This document shows, piece after piece, positions 58,401-64,000 of a stretch of DNA of 64,000 bases. The position numbers were made by a program, and so were the translations under genes. Every line of letters starts with the position of its first letter. Positions within the stretch are counted from its first letter, which is position 1. The notes under the pieces were generated by a model that made no database searches, was not told the origin of the DNA, and worked only from the letters and a program-made list of their open reading frames with translations. The DNA is from Gammaproteobacteria bacterium (lineage in GTDB: Bacteria > Pseudomonadota > Gammaproteobacteria > Ga0077536), in NCBI GenBank assembly GCA_963662545.2, contig CAXXLL010000002.1, positions 1,536,001-1,600,000 of the forward strand, written 5' to 3'.

Positions 58401-59957
58401 TCAATTGACTTTGCTCTCCTTGCCTTCCCAGAAAGGCTTGCGCAGCTCCGTCTTGAGCACCTTGCCGGCGCCGGAAAGCGGCAGGGGGACCTCGCTAAAG
58501 CTGATCGAACGGGGGCATTTGAAGTCCGCGATCAATGTTCGGCAGTGGGCCATGAGATCCCTGGCGTCGGGACTGGCGCCTTCGGCTGGCACCACCACAG
58601 CGTGTACGCGCTCGCCCCATTTGTCATCGGGAACGCCGATGACGGCACATTGCCCGACATCCGGGTGCTGATACATCGCGTTCTCGACTTCGGTCGAATA
58701 CACGTTTTCTCCGCCTGAGATGATCATGTCTTTCAAACGATCGCCGATGAAGATGAATCCGGCTTCGTCCATATGAGCGACGTCGCCGGTGTGTAGCCAG
58801 CCGCCGCGCAGGGTTTCGACGGTCAAATCGTCGCGCCCCCAGTACCCTTTCATAATATTAGGGCCGCGCGCGACGATCTCACCGATCTCGCCGCGCGGCA
58901 CTTCCTTGCCATCCTCGTCGACGATCTCGAGATCGACCGCGGGCAGGGCGCAGCCGCAGGAGCGCAAGCGTCCCGCGGCGGGCCCAACGGAGGTGTGATA
59001 GCGCGAGGGCAGGGCGGTCAGCAGGGGTGCGGCTTCGGTCTGGCCGTACAGGTGAAACGCCTCCACCCACGGGAGTTTTTTGCCCAATTCAACGGCCAGC
59101 GCTTCCGGCATGGGCGACGCGCCGTAGAACAACCTCTTGAATTTCGTGAGGTCGAATTTTTTAAAGCCCGGCTGTTCGAGCAGCATCTGGATCATGGAGG
59201 GAACGAGGATGGTGTCGGTGACGTGGTGGTCTTGCAGGGCCTGTGCACAGGCCGCCGGATCGAAGCGGGGCATGAAAATATGCCGGCCGGCGATATGCGT
59301 GATCAGGTAGACGTACTGTGCATCGGCGATGTGGAAAGTCGGCGCGGCATGCAGGTAAATGGTGTCCGGTAGCGCGCCGACCATGGTCACGAATTGCAGG
59401 GTGTTGGTGACGTGGTTTGCGTGGGTTAGCATCACGCCTTTCGCACGCCCCGTGGTCCCACCGGTATAAAAGATGCCGGAAACCGTATCGGAATCGTTGG
59501 GGTATTCTTCGATCGGTTGCGAGTTTTCGACCAGTCCGTCGTGCGTGGCATCGCGGCCGTCGAGATCGGCATCGACGCAAACAATTTTGAGCCCGTGGTC
59601 GACCTGTTCTCGGAGCTCCGGGACCAGCGACCAGAATTCCCGGTCGACGAACAGGACCTTGGTACCGGAATCGTTGAGGGCATACGCAATTTCGGGCGCC
59701 GACCACCGGTAATTTACTGGAACGATGATGCCCCCCGCCCAGGGAACGGCGAAGAATACCTCAAGGTAGCGATCGGAATTTAGAGCGACAATCGCGACGC
59801 GATCGCCGGGTGCGACCCCAAGTTGCTGGAGTCCACCCGCGAGCCGCGCGATACGGTCCGCGAGCTGTACCCAGGTGTGACGACGCTCGCCGTCGATCGT
59901 CGCGATCTGATCGGGTATCTGTTGGGTGTTTCGCTGCAGTGGCTGCGTGACGCGCAT
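58401..59957 (-). CDS. long-chain fatty acid--CoA ligase
   Basis: YTGGTTGRAKG, YGQTEA, HTGD, ISGGENVY, SGAGK. Confidence 0.93.
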   Translation of the reverse strand: MRVTQPLQRNTQQIPDQIATIDGERRHTWVQLADRIARLAGGLQQLGVAPGDRVAIVALNSDRYLEVFFAVPWAGGIIVPVNYRWSAPEIAYALNDSGTKVLFVDREFWSLVPELREQVDHGLKIVCVDADLDGRDATHDGLVENSQPIEEYPNDSDTVSGIFYTGGTTGRAKGVMLTHANHVTNTLQFVTMVGALPDTIYLHAAPTFHIADAQYVYLITHIAGRHIFMPRFDPAACAQALQDHHVTDTILVPSMIQMLLEQPGFKKFDLTKFKRLFYGASPMPEALAVELGKKLPWVEAFHLYGQTEAAPLLTALPSRYHTSVGPAAGRLRSCGCALPAVDLEIVDEDGKEVPRGEIGEIVARGPNIMKGYWGRDDLTVETLRGGWLHTGDVAHMDEAGFIFIGDRLKDMIISGGENVYSTEVENAMYQHPDVGQCAVIGVPDDKWGERVHAVVVPAEGASPDARDLMAHCRTLIADFKCPRSISFSEVPLPLSGAGKVLKTELRKPFWEGKESKVN

Positions 59958-59983
59958 GTCGATTTAAGCCTCTTCGATGGCGA

Positions 59984-60967
59984 TCAGCGGGTCGCGCTGC
60001 GGAGTTCGTCTACCAATTGTTGAACGATCTCCGCGGCCGGCATGACGCGGTCGATCCGTTCGACCGACTCTCCTGCGTAAAGCGGTAAAGCTTCGAGGTC
60101 GCCCTCAAACCCTTCCATCGGAGGAATGACGGTATAACGCGACAAGGGGATCTTCTGATCTCCCAGGGTAATCGTGCCGATCTCGTCGTTTTCGCCGGGT
60201 CGATCGCCCGGTGCCGGCTCGCCGGCTTTTTCCCAGTCGTCGTAGGTCTTATTGCGAATGACGCGGTGGTTGGCGTCCGGCCAGCCGAGGTCGAACAGCT
60301 TGGTCAAGACCGTGTCTGCGGCCGTGGATTTGACGATGCGATCCTTGTATTCACCGAGCGCAAAAGCCTCTTCACTCGCGACGAAGCGCGTTCCGATGGA
60401 GACGGCGCGTGCACCCAACTCGAGTACCTCGGCGATGTCGGCGCCGGTTGCGATCCCGCCCGCGGCGATTATGGGAATGGGACCCAACTCCGAAACTGTC
60501 TGGGGCAGGGTCACTTTCAGAGATTCCAGCGCCTTCACGTGCCCGCCAGCCTCGGTGCCCTGCACGATGACGGCATCGACGCCCGCGTCGGCGGCGGCCA
60601 CCGCTTCAGCGGCACTGCCGACCTGCGACACCACGAACATGTCGCGCTTATGCGCATCGCCGACGAAAGGTTGCGGATCGCCCCAAAACAATACGAGGAC
60701 CGGTACGCGTGCCTCGAAACACGCTTCGATATCCGCATCGTCGGACATCGGCATGATGATATTGGTGCCGAAAGGACGTGTAAGAAGTTCGCGGGTGGTC
60801 GCGATCAGCGAAGTGACGAGATCGCTCGGTACGGCGCCCGCGCCGAGGACGCCGAAGCCTCCGGCATCGGATACCGCCGCGACCAGCGCGGGTCCAGCGA
60901 GTCCGCCTCCCATGCCCGCGCTCCAGATCGGAAGTTTGATCCCCAGTCGTTCGATTAGGTCGGCCAT
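59984..60967 (-). CDS. nitronate monooxygenase (NPD/FabK-like FMN enzyme)
   Basis: AGMGGG, QGTEAGGH, AAGGIA, IGTRFVASEE. Confidence 0.88.
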   Translation of the reverse strand: MADLIERLGIKLPIWSAGMGGGLAGPALVAAVSDAGGFGVLGAGAVPSDLVTSLIATTRELLTRPFGTNIIMPMSDDADIEACFEARVPVLVLFWGDPQPFVGDAHKRDMFVVSQVGSAAEAVAAADAGVDAVIVQGTEAGGHVKALESLKVTLPQTVSELGPIPIIAAGGIATGADIAEVLELGARAVSIGTRFVASEEAFALGEYKDRIVKSTAADTVLTKLFDLGWPDANHRVIRNKTYDDWEKAGEPAPGDRPGENDEIGTITLGDQKIPLSRYTVIPPMEGFEGDLEALPLYAGESVERIDRVMPAAEIVQQLVDELRSATR

Positions 60968-61136
60968 ATGAACGTGCTCTTGAATTTCGTGCTCGGGCGG
61001 TGCCGGAGCAATCTATGTAAATGCCCGTGGTTTTGCAATCGGCGTCGCTTGTGAACTCGCCGCGCGGCACGGTGGCGCGCCCCGGCATCGTTCCAGGCTA
61101 TTTTCGAGTGCATTTCAAAGCCGTATACAGTTGGTA

Positions 61137-62336
61137 TCAAGCGGCGTCGCCGAAGGCGCCCGCGGCGCCAAGGCGCTCGATTTCCGCGGCTTCGTACCCC
61201 AGAAAATCCCGCAGAATGGATTCCCCATGCTGGTGAAAATGAGGCGGGGGTTCAGGGGTGGACAACACCGCAGCGTCCCCGCCAAGCGCCACCGTTCGGA
61301 CACCGCGCAAGAGGCGCCCGTCACACTCGCTTTCCAGTAATAAATGGCGAGCCCCGGGTTGCTCGAACACCGCGGCCATGTCATTCACGAATCCATAGGG
61401 CACCTTGGCCGCCTCGAATCGACGCGCGAGCTCGTCCGATTCGATCTTCGCAGCCTGGGCGCGGATCCGGTCGAGCAGCTCAGTGCGGCGTTCGACGCGT
61501 TGTTGACCGGTGGCGAATTTCGGATCTTCGGCGAGTTCCGGCAACCCAAGCGCGCGTACGAGTTCGCGATATTGGCGCTCGGTTGCGGCGGCGATGACGA
61601 GTTCGCGTCCGTCGCTGCACTCGAGTATCGAGCCGTAGGGCACGATGTTCGGGTGTTCCGAACCCATGCGTTGCGGAACGGTATCGGCGACCAGGTAATT
61701 GGTCGCCTGGTTAGCCAGCGACGCAACGCCCGCTTCGAGCAGCGAGGTGATCACCAGCGATCCTTGGCCGGTGCGTTCGCGTTTGAGCAGCGCGAGGAGC
61801 AGGCCTTGCTTCAATTGGTGTGCAAGCAAGATGTCGACCAACGCCACGGGCATTTTCGTCGGTGGCCCATCGGGTTCACCGTTCAGGAACGTGAAGCCGC
61901 TTTCGGCCTGCAGGATCGCATCGAATCCGGGGCGCGGATCGTCAGGACCGTAGGCCGTGATCTGCCCGTAGATCAAGCGCGGGTTGATCGCTGCCAGGGT
62001 GGCGTAGTCGAGCTTCAACTTATTTTCGTCGCCGGGCTTGAAGCTCGCGACGACGATGTCCGCGCGACGAACCAGCGCGTGCGCTACTTCGAGCCCGGCC
62101 GGCTTCATGTAGTTGCAGGCCAGCGATTCTTTCCCCCAGTTGGCGCAGGCGAAATAGGCGGAGATATCGGTGTCCCGGGGTTCGCTCACCAGCTTCCATC
62201 CCCGGGTTGCATCGCCTTGCGTGCGCGGATTTTCCAGTTTAATTACCCGGGCTCCGAGTTCGGCGAAGCTCATCGTTGTGAGCGGACCCGCGAGGATGTT
62301 GGCGAGTTCAAGAACGATGAATGAGCGATCAAACAC
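61137..62336 (-). CDS. CaiB/BaiF class III CoA-transferase
   Basis: ELANILAGP, LGARVIKLE, NWGKES, PGFDAILQAESG, HPNIVPY; start GTG 62336 or TTG 62384. Confidence 0.9.
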   Translation of the reverse strand: MFDRSFIVLELANILAGPLTTMSFAELGARVIKLENPRTQGDATRGWKLVSEPRDTDISAYFACANWGKESLACNYMKPAGLEVAHALVRRADIVVASFKPGDENKLKLDYATLAAINPRLIYGQITAYGPDDPRPGFDAILQAESGFTFLNGEPDGPPTKMPVALVDILLAHQLKQGLLLALLKRERTGQGSLVITSLLEAGVASLANQATNYLVADTVPQRMGSEHPNIVPYGSILECSDGRELVIAAATERQYRELVRALGLPELAEDPKFATGQQRVERRTELLDRIRAQAAKIESDELARRFEAAKVPYGFVNDMAAVFEQPGARHLLLESECDGRLLRGVRTVALGGDAAVLSTPEPPPHFHQHGESILRDFLGYEAAEIERLGAAGAFGDAA

Positions 62337-62552
62337 GGTTTTTCCGGTGGCGGCTCGATGCAGCCGCAATATCTGGGTGGACAAGGAAAAGAGCGGGGAT
62401 CGTTCCCCGCTGCCACCTCGATTCTATCGCATCAGCGTTCCGAGCTGCGTTATTCAGTATGTCCTGGGTCCGGCCCAGCCGTTCGCGTTGCGCAGGTCGA
62501 AGCGTGTGCGTTAACTTGGCGGTTCGCTGCAACCGGGTCGACGAGACGACTG

Positions 62553-63518
62553 ATGAAACTCAAGACACGCTTGACTGATTTGTTGGAGTTGGAACACCCG
62601 ATCGTGCTCGCGCCCATGGCGCGGGTCGCCGGCGGGCGGCTCGCGGCGGCCGTGTCGGACGCGGGCGGACTCGGCCTCATCGGCGGTGGGTATTGCGAAC
62701 CCGAATGGATCGGGGCGGAGTTCGACGAGGCCGGGGAGGCGGACGTTGGGATCGGTTTCATCACCTGGCGTCTCGACCAGGCGCCCGGGGTACTCGACCT
62801 CGCACTGGAACGTCGTCCGCGGGCGGTGTTGCTGTCGTTCGGCGACATCGCACCGTACGCCGACCGCATCAAATCAGCCGGCAGTGTCCTGATCGCCCAG
62901 GTCCAGACACTGGCGCAGGCGGTCGCAGCGTGGACTGCGGGCGCGGACGTGATCGTGGCACAGGGTGCGGAGGCGGGTGGCCACGCGGGGCACAGGTCTA
63001 CCCTGCCGTTGGTGCCGGCGATCGTCGATCGGGTTGCGCCGGTGCCGGTGATCGCCGCCGGCGGCATCGATGATGGCCGCGGTGTGGCGGCGGCGCTGGT
63101 ACTTGGCGCTGCGGGTGCCATGCTGGGCAGACGTTTTTACACCTGCCGTGAAGCGCTCGCCCATGCGAATGCGAAACAGCGGGCGGTCGAGGCAGGCGGT
63201 GACGATACCGTGCGCAGCAGCGTATTTGATCGTTTGAGGCGGTGGAACTGGCCGGCGGGCTATGCACTGCGTACGCTCGCGAACGACATGACTCGGCGCT
63301 GGACGGACGATCCGGGCGCGCTGGCCGATGAGTTAGAGCGCGAGATCAATGCATTTGACGCCGCGATCGAAGTCGGCGATACGCGCATCGCTCCGGTCAT
63401 CATCGGAGAAGCTGCGGATTTAATCGGCGATCTACGCGGGGCCGGGGAGCTGGTTCACAGCTTAGTGGACGATGCGGCTGCGCGACTCGAGGCCGCGGTG
63501 GACACCTTGGAAGCGTAA
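62553..63518 (+). CDS. nitronate monooxygenase (NPD-like)
   Basis: HPIVLAPM, GLIGGGY, AQGAEAGGH, AAGGI.DGRG. Confidence 0.88.
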   Translation: MKLKTRLTDLLELEHPIVLAPMARVAGGRLAAAVSDAGGLGLIGGGYCEPEWIGAEFDEAGEADVGIGFITWRLDQAPGVLDLALERRPRAVLLSFGDIAPYADRIKSAGSVLIAQVQTLAQAVAAWTAGADVIVAQGAEAGGHAGHRSTLPLVPAIVDRVAPVPVIAAGGIDDGRGVAAALVLGAAGAMLGRRFYTCREALAHANAKQRAVEAGGDDTVRSSVFDRLRRWNWPAGYALRTLANDMTRRWTDDPGALADELEREINAFDAAIEVGDTRIAPVIIGEAADLIGDLRGAGELVHSLVDDAAARLEAAVDTLEA

Positions 63519-63541
63519 AACGTAGCGAGCGGTGAGCGCCG

Positions 63542-64000
63542 TCAGGATGGCGCAAGCAGGATCGTTTCGTGCCAGCTATTGCCTTTCGAGTCCGAGATCT
63601 CTGCGGTGAGTTCACCACTCGAATCGGACTTTAGAAAAAAACGGAAGCTGGGGTCCTCGCTGACCGCAATGCCGGTCTCGGCAGTCATGACCGGTTCACC
63701 GTTCAGCAGGATTCGAATCGTCTTGATGAAATGCGCAGGCCTGATCGCGTAGATCTTATAGTCCATCTGCATGCCGGTGAAATTAGGATGACGCACGCGC
63801 AGCTGCGTCGGCATTCCGCCGTTTTCCGCCGACTCGTCGAGCGATCGAAGTTGAATCTTGCCGAGGCCCGCCATCGCTTTCTTGTAGTCGATGGCAATGG
63901 GGATCGCGCATCCGCCCTGGGCCTTGACGAAGCGCTTCACCATGTGATGTTCGCCGGTATTGAGTACCGCGACGGCACGCACGTTCGTGTAGTTGTCGAT
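63542..64000 (-). CDS. quinoprotein dehydrogenase-associated SoxYZ-like carrier, 5' end outside window
   Basis: IDNYTNVRAVA, FVKAQGGCA (SoxY GGC arm) fused to SoxZ-like HPNFTGMQMD...SEDPSFRF. Confidence 0.8.
   Translation of the reverse strand: MDNYTNVRAVAVLNTGEHHMVKRFVKAQGGCAIPIAIDYKKAMAGLGKIQLRSLDESAENGGMPTQLRVRHPNFTGMQMDYKIYAIRPAHFIKTIRILLNGEPVMTAETGIAVSEDPSFRFFLKSDSSGELTAEISDSKGNSWHETILLAPS

Noticed and set aside
1-64000. tRNA, rRNA, riboswitch, integrase or phage genes
   Set aside because: None recognised by eye; tRNAscan-SE, Infernal and HMM searches would be needed to exclude them formally.

Overview
A GC-rich, probably gammaproteobacterial chromosome segment (inferred from gene content). 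Catabolic backbone genes (hydrolases, folD, CaiB CoA-transferases, MaoC/ACAD/CitE-like operon, LLM oxidoreductases, acyl-CoA ligases, TauD, nitronate monooxygenases, SoxYZ-like carrier) flank a ~33.7 kb mosaic island (17196-50888). The island is bounded by a diverged direct repeat of the last ~190 bp of the CitE/HpcH-like lyase gene, has no visible integrase, and is partitioned by IS6-family ends and REP/RAYT remnants. Its cargo is: a VPLPA-CTERM protein, a cytoplasmic subtilase, a CDP-sugar/triple C-methyltransferase glycosylation cluster, a Slam (type XI secretion)-like barrel with an acidic TbpB-barrel cargo, two 2OG-Fe(II) oxygenases, a TonB receptor, and a sigma54-controlled operon (desaturase, TPAT transporter, flavin monooxygenase, IPC-synthase/PAP2-like enzyme) with a complete UAS/IHF/-24/-12 promoter. 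That operon is the best candidate for an undescribed system. Outside the island, a Ser/Thr kinase-ECF sigma-ZAS anti-sigma-S8 protease module is interrupted by an IS630. The TRAP permease is interrupted by a 179-bp IS30-type MITE. No rRNA, tRNA or CRISPR array was seen. All calls come from motif recognition by eye; no database searches were run.
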